35,546 nucleotides of DNA from a virus. Taxonomy: Duplodnaviria > Heunggongvirae > Uroviricota > Caudoviricetes. The stretch lies in IMG/VR virus record IMGVR_UViG_2778261064_000019, one strand, 5' to 3'. Made by a program: the position numbers and the translations under genes. Shown here piece after piece: positions 8,957 to 17,382 of the stretch (positions within the stretch are counted from its first letter, which is position 1; the number at the start of each line of letters is the position of its first letter). The notes beneath the pieces were generated by a model. The model did not search any database. It was not told where the DNA came from and saw only the letters and a list, made by a program, of their open reading frames with translations.

Positions 8957-9538
8957 GTGGTCGATTTTCTTGAATCAATCGATGTAAAGAAACAGTTTCA
9001 TTTTTTATTCTGTGAGTGGGATGAATTTCTAAAACTATACCATAATAACCTCGGTGTATATCTTAGTGGTTTTTCATTTCATAAAGTAAGAAAGGAAGTG
9101 GCAGAGGCAGAAGCTAATTTAGCTGAGCGTTTTTCAAAAATAATGTCAGACATGATAGCTAAGCTTTTAGGTATTCCTGTTTCTTTGGTTGCTACTTTTG
9201 GCATGATAAAATTAAATACCCTGCCGGAAATGTTAGTGGTTTTTTTAGGTGTATTGCTCACGTCGATAATTATGTTTTTTATTGTAAGAAGTCAATACAC
9301 ACAGTTTAGGATGATTTGTGATGCTAAAGATATTATATTTTCCCCATTAGTGAAAAAATCTGTAGGTTATACAGAAGATTTGAAAAAATTAGTATGCAAT
9401 GCAAAGGATAATTTAGACAAAAATCAGGTCATGTTAAATCGTTACCTTCTTTTCTTTCAATGCTTATGCTGGATTCCGACAGCCTTAGGTGGTGGAATGA
9501 TCTTAATGGCTATTATGGTTCATTTAGGATTACTATAA
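8957..9538 (+). CDS. Predicted multi-pass membrane protein, cargo gene 4
   Basis: Hydrophobic segments IPVSLVATFGMI, MLVVFLGVLLTSIIMFFIV and YLLFFQCLCWIPTALGGGMILMAIMVHLGLL. Track start is a GTG at 8957, so the true start is uncertain. Stop codon overlaps the gpD stop convergently. Confidence 0.5.
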   Translation: MVDFLESIDVKKQFHFLFCEWDEFLKLYHNNLGVYLSGFSFHKVRKEVAEAEANLAERFSKIMSDMIAKLLGIPVSLVATFGMIKLNTLPEMLVVFLGVLLTSIIMFFIVRSQYTQFRMICDAKDIIFSPLVKKSVGYTEDLKKLVCNAKDNLDKNQVMLNRYLLFFQCLCWIPTALGGGMILMAIMVHLGLL

Positions 9539-10633
9539 ACTTAATTCCATTTCTAATGCGGTGACATAACCAGTACCGCCATCCAACGTATGCACGCACC
9601 GCGTAATCACCCACGCGGTGCCATCAATTTCCGCCTTAAACCCCTTCACCTGCAGCGGTAATTCCGGGAACAAATCGGGCCGTCCACGCGCAAGATTCAG
9701 GCTGAACGTTGCCGCGCCGCGCTGTAGCTGCTCCCACGCGCTTTTTGCCGCTCTGTAGGCGTTATTTTTGTTGGCATAGGTGTGGCGCAGCACCTTGATA
9801 TTTCCCTCTTCGCCAACCATCACGTTATCAGCATTGAATGAGGCGTCTGACGGCGGAGATTCTGTTGGTTGCGTTTGTGGACGGTTTTTCCGTGTCTTGC
9901 GCTTCATGTCAGTGGACTGCTTTTTTGCCTGCCGTGTATCCAGCCAGTAGGCCGTCACACCGGTATACGCCTCCCTGTCCGCGATGCTGAACCGGTGGCT
10001 GTCGCCGTCCTCGCGGGTAATGGTTGCGACCGGCAGCGGTTTGCCGCTGGCACTTTTACCGGAACCTGTCGGCATTAGCAGCAGAGCATCATTTTTCACG
10101 CAGGCGATAGCGCCGTGCAGTTGCGCCAGCCGGGTCAGGAAGGAGGCATCGGATTCGTTAGTCTGGTCAACGTGCTCAATGGCGATCCCAGCCAGCTCGC
10201 CGCTGACGGTTGATTCCAGCTTATGACGCGCCGCCACGGTTTGCACAATCGCGCCCAGCGTCGCATCATGGTAGCTCTGTTCCCGTTTAACGTTCAGCGA
10301 ATCGCGGAAATCGGCGCTGCGGGCGCGGAGGCTGAGTACGTCCGGTGCGCCGCTGTGCTCCAGTTCGTCCACTGTGAAGACATTCTGGTGCATCACGCCG
10401 TCACCCTTCCAGCCTAGAGAAACCGTTAGCTTTTCGCCCTTTGCCGGAAACGCCAGCAGGCCGTCGCTGTCGTCCAGTTCGAGCTGCAGTTCGTCGGCCT
10501 CAAAGCCCCGGTTGTCGGTGATACGCAGGCTGATTAAGCGGTTGTCCAGATTCCGCGTAATGTCCTTACCGTTCAGCACCACGCTGTACTCCGGCTGCGG
10601 CTGGGCGTTTAAGAGTGCGTTTAACATCGTCAT
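9533..10633 (-). CDS. D: P2 gpD-like tail protein (late control D)
   Basis: 366-aa ORF at the end of the T-U-D string, in the order and size expected for P2 D. Confidence 0.8.
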   Translation of the reverse strand: MTMLNALLNAQPQPEYSVVLNGKDITRNLDNRLISLRITDNRGFEADELQLELDDSDGLLAFPAKGEKLTVSLGWKGDGVMHQNVFTVDELEHSGAPDVLSLRARSADFRDSLNVKREQSYHDATLGAIVQTVAARHKLESTVSGELAGIAIEHVDQTNESDASFLTRLAQLHGAIACVKNDALLLMPTGSGKSASGKPLPVATITREDGDSHRFSIADREAYTGVTAYWLDTRQAKKQSTDMKRKTRKNRPQTQPTESPPSDASFNADNVMVGEEGNIKVLRHTYANKNNAYRAAKSAWEQLQRGAATFSLNLARGRPDLFPELPLQVKGFKAEIDGTAWVITRCVHTLDGGTGYVTALEMELSL

Positions 10634-11058
10634 AGTCCGTCTACCATCGTGATGATGTCGCCCAGCAAGCCACCCAGCTTCGGCGGATCGACACGTTTTA
10701 ACGCCAGCGTAAACTCAATGCGCCGGGCCGCACCGTCGCGAAAAAAGACGCTCCGGGTGACGTTCAGACTCTCAATCACAAACCAGCCATGCAGCGATCC
10801 GGTGCCTTCAATCAGCGGCCAAGCCATCCCCTGATCGGCCATCTTTCGCAGGAAAAACAGGGTAAATCGCCCGCCGGTCAGTTCCGGCAACAGCACGCCG
10901 TTTAGCGTAATGGTTTCGTCACCCACGCCGATAAACTGGCTGGCCGGACGTAGCCCCACGCGGGAACTGGCAGGATGCCGCCACGCTACGGCGTGCTGCA
11001 TATCCTGATAGGGCAGGGTTTTCAGGCTGAAGACGAACAGCCCCAGTACCATCATCAT
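10630..11058 (-). CDS. U: P2 gpU-like tail protein
   Basis: Start set at the ATG-ATG-ATG triplet ending at 11058 (MMMVLGLFVFSLK...), preceded by AAGGAGG. The longer ORF to 11166 would overlap the tape measure gene. Confidence 0.75.
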   Translation of the reverse strand: MMMVLGLFVFSLKTLPYQDMQHAVAWRHPASSRVGLRPASQFIGVGDETITLNGVLLPELTGGRFTLFFLRKMADQGMAWPLIEGTGSLHGWFVIESLNVTRSVFFRDGAARRIEFTLALKRVDPPKLGGLLGDIITMVDGL

Positions 11059-11068
11059 AAGAGCCTCC

Positions 11069-13918
11069 TTAATCAATATCGCGCAGGCTGCTGCGGGTTC
11101 TGGCGGCATTCTGCCTTTCGCGCTTGTCCAGTTCCTGCGCCACCAGTTTCGCCAGTTGTTGTTCATTCATGCCGGGAGCAGCGTGGATGTGAATAGTGAC
11201 AGGCCCGCCGCTGGCTGCCGGTACAGAAAGGGATGCTGGCGCGAGCGGGGCGCGATTATCCGGCAGGGCGGCGATAGGGGGCATGGCGACAGCGGCGGCG
11301 CTGAGCGTCAGCCCGGCACCGGCGGCGATTAACTGCTTCGAGAGTTGCCCTACGCTGGCCAGCGCCGTTTGCGTGTTGCCCTCAATCCCGACCGCCAGCC
11401 CGTCCACGGTATAGCGGCCCATTTCGGCGAACACCCGCGACGGTGAATGAATACCGAGCTTGTCCTTAAACCAGTTGGAAATATTGCTGCCCAGATCCAG
11501 CACGCCCTGTTTAATCGCTTCCCATTTGGCAAAGATCCCCTGTTTCAGCCCTTCCATGATATTGCCGCTGATCTCGGTAAAGCGGGTGGACAGGTTACTG
11601 AAACTGTTCAGAACGTTATCCCAGACTGTGGTAAACACCGTGGACAGGTTCCAGTTGGTGAAAAAAGCAATGATGGCATTCAGGGCAGTGCTGACGGTGG
11701 TTTTAATTCCCTCCCAGATACCGGTGGCGGTAGTGGTAATGCCCGTCCAGATTTGCCCCAGAAATGCCACCACGCTGTTCCACGCCTCAGCGGTACTGGC
11801 TTTGATAGTATCCCAGTGCTGGTAAATCAGGCCGGGAAGCGTCCAGTTCAGCAGGATATTCACCAGCCCGTTCCAGCAGCCGGAGAGAAACGTTTTAATC
11901 CCTTCCCAGACGGCGCTGGTTGTGGCTTTTACACTGTTCCACGCATCGCTGCATACCTGCTTAAAACTATTCCAGAGCGCGGCGAACTTCGGCCCCAGCC
12001 AGTCCCAGTTACTCCAGATCCAGATGGCGGCACCGGCGATCAGCGCAATCACCGCCAGAATCGGGTTAGCCATCATTGCGCGGCCCAGCCAAATTACCGC
12101 TTTTCCCGCGCCTTTAAAGGCATTCGCCAGCAGCCCCAGCGCGCTGCCGCCCTTAATACCGAGCACCGACAGGCTGAGTTTTAGCGCCGCCATCGGGCCG
12201 AGGATACCGGCCAGCGTCAGGGATATGCCTCCGAGCGCCACGGCGAACGCGCCGATCGCCATGCCGATTTTCACCAGCGTGGCGGTTAATTGTGGGTTGG
12301 CCTTCATCCATGCGCCGATGGACTGTAAAACGCCGGTTATGCGTTGGGTAATACTGCGCAACGGGCTGTCAACTGATTCGAACATCTCAATACCGAGATC
12401 TTCCCACGCCGAGTCAAGATTCTGGAGATCACCCTTCATATTATCGGCCATCGTTTTGGCAACTTTGCCAGCGGTACCGAGGGAGGCTTTCACCTGTTCG
12501 GCATAGGCTTCAATACGCTGCGACGGATCGAGTGACGCCTGTTTGTCGAGCAGTTCCATCATCGCGGAAGAGGCTTCCACACCGAAAATATCCTTGATGT
12601 AGGACATTTTCTTCACGTTGCCGACGCCGCCGATCCCTTGCTTCTCAAACGCGGCGGAGATTTCTGCCAGTAGCTGCGGCATCTCTTTCATTTTTCCGGT
12701 GCTGTCCGCCACCGAGGCTTTCAGGTCTTCCAGCGCGGCGGCGGCTTTTTTCGGCTGTGATGCCAGCCGCAACAGCGCCATACGTAAGGATGTACCTGCC
12801 TGCGCTCCCTGAATCCCCACGTTACCCAGCATCCCGACCATCGCTGACATGGTTTCAAAGTCCTGCCCCGCAGCCTGTGCAGCCGGGCCGACGTATTTCA
12901 TGGTTTCACCCAGCATCTGCAGGTCGGTATTAGACGTAGTGAACGTGAAGGTGAGCGCGTCAGCCATGCGTTGCATCTGGTCTGCCGGGATTTTATAGGC
13001 GCTCTGAATATTGGAGGCGATATCGGAAACCTGAGCAAGCTGCGTGTCCATCCCCGCCGCTTTCGCCAGATCCAACATGTGCGGCATCGCCTTTTCGATT
13101 TTATCTGGCGTGTAGCCCGCCATTGCCAGAAAACCCTGCCCCTGCGCCACATCGTTGGCGGTAAAGCTGGTTGATGCGCCTAAATCTCGCGATTGCGTTC
13201 GCAGCCGTTTCAGTTCATCAGAGTTTTTATCGGTGCGTGTTAACGCCTGTACGCGCGACATGCCCACGTCGAAATCGTAGCCGGGCATCATTACCCGCGC
13301 GCTGCCGTAAAGCATACCCACGCCGGTGGCCGTCGTGGTTGCGCCGAATCCGGCCAGTTTGTTGCGGGCGTCCATTGCTCCTGCGTAGCTATTTTTTGCT
13401 GCGTTCATCCGCTGCTGCTGCCGGTTTAGCCGTTCCAGTCGCCTGCGCTGTTCCTCCATGCTACGGTTAGCACTCTCCAGTCGTTGCCGTAGTTCACTCT
13501 GGCGCTGGCTGAGATTACGGGTATCGATACCAGCGTTGCGCAGTACGGTGCGGCTATGCTGCTGGGCCTGAGTAAGCTGACCATGCCGTTCTTTAAGTCG
13601 CCGCGCCTCCTGCTGAGCACGTTCAAACTCCCGACGCATCGCAGCCGTGGGCGCAGTGCTGCTTTGCATTGCCGTGGCCAGCGCCCGGACGCGATCCTGC
13701 GCGCTTTTAAGCTGATTGCCGGTGACGGCGACATCGCGCGCCAGCTTGCGGTAGCCATCGATTTGTCCGGCCTGTTTGTTCAGGTCTTTGACCTGCTGCT
13801 GCGCCGCTTTCAGTGCTCTGGCGGTGTCGCTGCTGCTTTGCGTGACGGCTTTTAGCGGACGGGTGATTTTATCTACGGCGCTGAGTAGTACCTGTAAACG
13901 AAGGTTTTGTGTGCTCAT
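11069..13918 (-). CDS. T: Tail tape measure protein (gpT-like)
   Basis: 949-aa ORF, Ala/Gln-rich with coiled-coil-like N-terminus and hydrophobic central segments, located after the E/E' chaperone genes as in P2. Confidence 0.85.
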   Translation of the reverse strand: MSTQNLRLQVLLSAVDKITRPLKAVTQSSSDTARALKAAQQQVKDLNKQAGQIDGYRKLARDVAVTGNQLKSAQDRVRALATAMQSSTAPTAAMRREFERAQQEARRLKERHGQLTQAQQHSRTVLRNAGIDTRNLSQRQSELRQRLESANRSMEEQRRRLERLNRQQQRMNAAKNSYAGAMDARNKLAGFGATTTATGVGMLYGSARVMMPGYDFDVGMSRVQALTRTDKNSDELKRLRTQSRDLGASTSFTANDVAQGQGFLAMAGYTPDKIEKAMPHMLDLAKAAGMDTQLAQVSDIASNIQSAYKIPADQMQRMADALTFTFTTSNTDLQMLGETMKYVGPAAQAAGQDFETMSAMVGMLGNVGIQGAQAGTSLRMALLRLASQPKKAAAALEDLKASVADSTGKMKEMPQLLAEISAAFEKQGIGGVGNVKKMSYIKDIFGVEASSAMMELLDKQASLDPSQRIEAYAEQVKASLGTAGKVAKTMADNMKGDLQNLDSAWEDLGIEMFESVDSPLRSITQRITGVLQSIGAWMKANPQLTATLVKIGMAIGAFAVALGGISLTLAGILGPMAALKLSLSVLGIKGGSALGLLANAFKGAGKAVIWLGRAMMANPILAVIALIAGAAIWIWSNWDWLGPKFAALWNSFKQVCSDAWNSVKATTSAVWEGIKTFLSGCWNGLVNILLNWTLPGLIYQHWDTIKASTAEAWNSVVAFLGQIWTGITTTATGIWEGIKTTVSTALNAIIAFFTNWNLSTVFTTVWDNVLNSFSNLSTRFTEISGNIMEGLKQGIFAKWEAIKQGVLDLGSNISNWFKDKLGIHSPSRVFAEMGRYTVDGLAVGIEGNTQTALASVGQLSKQLIAAGAGLTLSAAAVAMPPIAALPDNRAPLAPASLSVPAASGGPVTIHIHAAPGMNEQQLAKLVAQELDKRERQNAARTRSSLRDID

Positions 13919-14088
13919 GATTCAACACCGCTGCGCTGGCGGGCCTGCTCCCGCCAGTAAAGGGTTTCGCCAAGGGTTAATGCGTCCATCGCGGATAGTG
14001 GCCAATGGAAGATGACGGCTATGTCGCCTTGAGCCTCCTCTATGCGTCCGGGGTATCCGTTGCTTCCGGCGAGGTCTGCGGCAAAAAA
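13915..14088 (-). other. Programmed -1 frameshift site (T_TTT_TTG at 14082..14088) and E' extension giving the E+E' fusion
   Basis: Minus-strand mRNA reads GGU UUU UUG. The -1 frame downstream stays open for about 57 codons (FFAADLAGSNGYPGRIEEAQGDIAVIFHWPLSAMDALTLGETLYWREQARQRSGVES) and ends at a TGA overlapping the tape measure ATG. Confidence 0.7.
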
Positions 14089-14336
14089 CCGACAAGCGCC
14101 GTACCGAAAGCCGTCAGGTCGATAAAATCCAGTTGCGCCACCTCATGCTTATTCAGCGGCGGTGCGGTGATGCGCGGTAGAACGCTGGTGAGTGCATCTA
14201 CGTTAAGGCTTAACAGCTCCACCAGACTGACACCGCGCAGGTCGCCGCCCAGTGGTTTACGGATCTGGAACTCGACAAATTCGGTTTCGCCGCGTTTCAG
14301 GGGAGTATTCAGGGTAACGGTTTTACGTTCGCTCAT
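14040..14336 (-). CDS. E: Tail assembly chaperone gpE (zero-frame product)
   Basis: 98-aa ORF between the tail tube and tape measure genes. Contains a TTTTTTG slippery site near its 3' end. Confidence 0.8.
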   Translation of the reverse strand: MSERKTVTLNTPLKRGETEFVEFQIRKPLGGDLRGVSLVELLSLNVDALTSVLPRITAPPLNKHEVAQLDFIDLTAFGTALVGFLPQTSPEATDTPDA

Positions 14337-14345
14337 GGTTCATCC

Positions 14346-14861
14346 TTACAGGCCAATGGCGCGACGTGCGCCAGCCAGACGGTCTTTGCCGTCGATATTT
14401 TCAATAAAGTTCACGGTGTCGATTTCGACGATGGTTTCACCGTTGACGCTCTCTTTGTAATAGGTACAAAGGGTGCTGATTTTGGTCGCGGAGTTCTCGC
14501 CCTGCTTGTATTCGCCGCGATCCAGCTCTTTGTGGCGACCACGCACCACGATTTCCACCGCGTCGTACTCTTCGCTGTCTTCACGCTGGATAGCGCCGGA
14601 GAATCGCAGCATCACGCCGCTGATCTTCGTCCAGCCGATCTGCCGCAGCGCCAGCAGCTCATAGCCGCCGATTGACCATTCCACGCTGAGCGCCTCGTCA
14701 TCCAGTCCCAGATCGACATGCGCCGCGCCGTTCATGCCGCCGCCGCGATAGGCTTCCAGCTTGCGCGTCAGCTTTGCCGGGGTGAAGGACTCCACCTGTG
14801 CCAGATAGATATCGCCCTCGTTAAACAGGTTGAGGTATTTCAGTTTGCTGGGTAGTGCCAT
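14346..14861 (-). CDS. FII: Tail tube protein (gpFII-like)
   Basis: 171-aa ORF, size and position as P2 FII, immediately after the sheath gene. Confidence 0.85.
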   Translation of the reverse strand: MALPSKLKYLNLFNEGDIYLAQVESFTPAKLTRKLEAYRGGGMNGAAHVDLGLDDEALSVEWSIGGYELLALRQIGWTKISGVMLRFSGAIQREDSEEYDAVEIVVRGRHKELDRGEYKQGENSATKISTLCTYYKESVNGETIVEIDTVNFIENIDGKDRLAGARRAIGL

Positions 14862-14875
14862 GGTGCGTTCTCCTG

Positions 14876-16054
14876 TTACACGGTGGTGGCGATGGATTCA
14901 GCCAGATTGACCAGATAGCGGTCAGTGATGCGCTGGCGGAACATCAGGTTTTCCAGCGGCGGCACCGGGGTGTAGTCGTAGTCGATATACGCTTTACCCG
15001 CTTTCAGGATGTCCGGCGTGTTGGCGGCGGGATCGAACCATGCGGAGCCGTCGACGATGTAGCCGTTGCCTTTCAGTTCGCGGAATTTGGCGTTCACGCC
15101 TTCGATAATGTCGCGGAACAGAGAAGCGTGTTGCGGTTTATCTATCGCCCAGAAGTGGGCGTCGGCGATGGTATCCGCCAGCACCTGCGCGGTGCGGGTG
15201 TAGTTCTCAAAGGCAAACAGCGGATCGGTGCTGCAGGTGCGCGATCCCCAGAAGCGATAGCCGGCGTTGCAAATCAGCGTGGTGACGTCGTGGCTGTTGA
15301 GGTAATCCGAATCGGTGGCGGTGGACTGCAGATCCCAGAATACGCTGCGGGAAATGCCGGTCACGCCGTTGACGTCAACGTTGGACAGCGTTTTATGCCA
15401 GCCGGTTTCTTCATCAATTTTTGCACGCAGGCCCACGGCGCGGGCGGTGGCGTATAGGGTACGTTCGGCGGCAGCCTGTGTATCAAAGCCGACAAAATCC
15501 GGCCAGATAATCATCGCCTCTCGCGCACCTAGCTGATCGCGATACAGCACCGCCTCTTCTTTGGTCTGCGCGCCGAACGCCGACAGATAGCTGAAGGCGC
15601 GAAGCTGTTGTGAAATGCTGACCAGTTCGGTGGCGATGGGCAGAGAATCCAGCCCTGGTACCGCCAGAATGCGCGGTTTTATTTTCAGTTTGGTTTGCGA
15701 GTCCAGTAGCGCCTTCATGCCGGTGTATTTCCCGGCTGGCGTGCTGCCGCCGATGATATTGGCGGTGGTTTCGGCGGCGGAGTCACCTTCGGCTACGCGC
15801 ACGGCGACCACCACCGGCTGCGTCTGGTCGGCGATGGCATCCAGAGAGTGTGCCAGCGTACCGCTATCACCGGCTTTACCCAGCGCAGATCGCACGTCGG
15901 TTAACAGTACTGGGGTATCAAGGGGAAAGGTTTTTTCATCGGCATCTGAACCGGTACAGACAATGCCGATCACGGCAGTGGAAATGGTACGGATCGGGCG
16001 CACGCCTTCATTGATTTCAATAACGCGCGCGCCGTGGTGGTAGTCGGTTGCCAT
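14876..16054 (-). CDS. FI: Tail sheath protein (gpFI-like)
   Basis: Start set at ATG 16054 (MATDYHHGARVIEINEG..., GGAGG 8 nt upstream), matching the P2 FI N-terminus as recalled. The ORF track extends to 16141. Confidence 0.85.
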   Translation of the reverse strand: MATDYHHGARVIEINEGVRPIRTISTAVIGIVCTGSDADEKTFPLDTPVLLTDVRSALGKAGDSGTLAHSLDAIADQTQPVVVAVRVAEGDSAAETTANIIGGSTPAGKYTGMKALLDSQTKLKIKPRILAVPGLDSLPIATELVSISQQLRAFSYLSAFGAQTKEEAVLYRDQLGAREAMIIWPDFVGFDTQAAAERTLYATARAVGLRAKIDEETGWHKTLSNVDVNGVTGISRSVFWDLQSTATDSDYLNSHDVTTLICNAGYRFWGSRTCSTDPLFAFENYTRTAQVLADTIADAHFWAIDKPQHASLFRDIIEGVNAKFRELKGNGYIVDGSAWFDPAANTPDILKAGKAYIDYDYTPVPPLENLMFRQRITDRYLVNLAESIATTV

Positions 16055-16124
16055 GAGGCGAGCCTCCATCAGGTCAATAAATGACGATGGTGGCACAGAG
16101 CGAAAAGGGCGGTGACGGCTTCCA

Positions 16125-16147
16125 CTTGTAACCACTGGCACTACAAG
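16125..16147. promoter_or_regulatory. Dyad CTTGTA-N11-TACAAG upstream of FI (candidate Ogr-responsive late promoter element)
   Basis: Inverted repeat with imperfect extended arms (GGCTTCCACTTGTA / TACAAGCAGAAGCG, 16117..16155), 70-100 bp upstream of the FI start. Same half-sites and spacing at three other late-operon positions. Confidence 0.5.
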
Positions 16148-16159
16148 CAGAAGCGGTTT

Positions 16160-16918
16160 TTAATTCAGGATAATCAGTTCTGATGTGGTGCTGGCTGGCT
16201 TTCCACCTACGGTATAGCGAATCCCTACCGTTGAGAATGTCAGGCCGTGGAAGATATCGCGCATTTCCGGGATGTCGTTAACCGAGATAATCATCCGGCC
16301 CTGCATGGTGCGCGCCAGCTCTGCCATACGCTGGTACTGCTCAAGGCCAAATGGTACGCCGTAGCCTTCGGTTTTCCAGTATGGTGGGTCGCAGTAGAAC
16401 AGGGTATGCGGGCGGTCATAGCGGCGAATACAGTCGGCCCAGTCCAGATTTTCAATGCAGACGCGCGCCAGCCGCAGATGGGCGGCGGATAAATCCTCTT
16501 CCATACGCAGCAGGTTCAGGCGCGGCGGTGAGGTGGTGGCGGTACCGAACGTGCGACTTTCCACTTTGCCGCCGAATGCCAGCTTTTGCAGATAGTAGAA
16601 GCGCGCCGCGCGCTGGATATCGGTCAGCGTTTCTTCCGGGGTGATCTGGAGCCAGCGGTACATTTCGCGGCTGACCAGCGACCATTTAAACTGGCGGACA
16701 AACTCTTCTAAATGGTGCTGAAGTACGCGGTAGAGGTTGGTAACGTCACCGTTGATATCGTTCAGCACCTCGGCCTGTGCGGGCTGTTTCATAAAGAACA
16801 ACGCTGCCGCCCCGCAGAACGGTTCAACGTAGCAGCGGTGTTTGGGAAACAGTGGCAGAATGTGTTTTGCCAGCCTGCGCTTACCGCCGATCCACGGAAT
16901 AACGGGTAACGTATTCAA
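16160..16918 (-). CDS. DNA N6-adenine methyltransferase (Dam-like), second copy
   Basis: 252-aa ORF with YVEPFCGAAALF AdoMet motif and DPPY motif (FYCDPPYWKTEGYG). Sits between the tail fibre assembly gene and FI, the position of the P2 Z/fun locus. Confidence 0.8.
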   Translation of the reverse strand: MNTLPVIPWIGGKRRLAKHILPLFPKHRCYVEPFCGAAALFFMKQPAQAEVLNDINGDVTNLYRVLQHHLEEFVRQFKWSLVSREMYRWLQITPEETLTDIQRAARFYYLQKLAFGGKVESRTFGTATTSPPRLNLLRMEEDLSAAHLRLARVCIENLDWADCIRRYDRPHTLFYCDPPYWKTEGYGVPFGLEQYQRMAELARTMQGRMIISVNDIPEMRDIFHGLTFSTVGIRYTVGGKPASTTSELIILN

Positions 16919-17382
16919 ATTGTCAATTTTCCAGACCGACTGCTGACCAACGCATACAGCAGATTAGGAGACCAGCGCCAACTATCGCGCAGGTGCAGAA
17001 ATTCGGCGCAGAACTCGCTGCAAAACAGGCGTTCCTGTTTACCCTGACTGAGTAACACAAAACCCATGGCGCCCAGCCAGTCGTAACCTTTATCGTCGTG
17101 CTGACGAAAAAAGGTTTCCAGTGCCAGCGGATCGGCGTTGATCGGGAGTAAATCCCATTTCTCAATCGGCAGCGGCATTCGTTTGCTGCGCACGCCTTTA
17201 TCCCGTACCGATGATGAGTAACAGATAAACAGGCCATCCGGCAGGCGTTCGACCAGTTCGCAGTGAGAGTAAGGGCCGCGCGTGACCTGTCGCGTCAACC
17301 AGTCGGAGAGCCGGGCAAGGCTGAAAAAGCGTTCAGCCCGGCCACGGTAGAACGCCATGTAAACCTGACTCATGGTTGCCAT
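16915..17382 (-). CDS. Hypothetical protein (Z/fun-position cargo)
   Basis: 155-aa ORF translationally coupled to the neighbours (4-bp overlap with Dam, 13-bp overlap with the upstream gene). Cys/His-containing segments (CELVERL, LFCSEFCAEFLH); no family recognised. Confidence 0.5.
   Translation of the reverse strand: MATMSQVYMAFYRGRAERFFSLARLSDWLTRQVTRGPYSHCELVERLPDGLFICYSSSVRDKGVRSKRMPLPIEKWDLLPINADPLALETFFRQHDDKGYDWLGAMGFVLLSQGKQERLFCSEFCAEFLHLRDSWRWSPNLLYALVSSRSGKLTI

Noticed and set aside
11196-13855. Many plus-strand ORFs of 60-245 aa inside the tape measure gene region (for example 11447..12184, 11922..12506, 13556..13855)
   Set aside because: They lie antisense within a long, well-supported minus-strand gene, have Arg/Pro/Ala-rich low-complexity translations typical of GC-rich antisense frames, and have no RBS context.
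14855-15457. Plus-strand 200-aa ORF overlapping the tail sheath gene
   Set aside because: Antisense to the well-supported FI gene; Gly/Val/Arg-rich translation typical of a spurious frame.
16118-16155. The long inverted repeat after the Dam stop as a Rho-independent terminator
   Set aside because: On the minus strand it is not followed by a T-run; it recurs upstream of other late operons, so it is better explained as a late promoter element.
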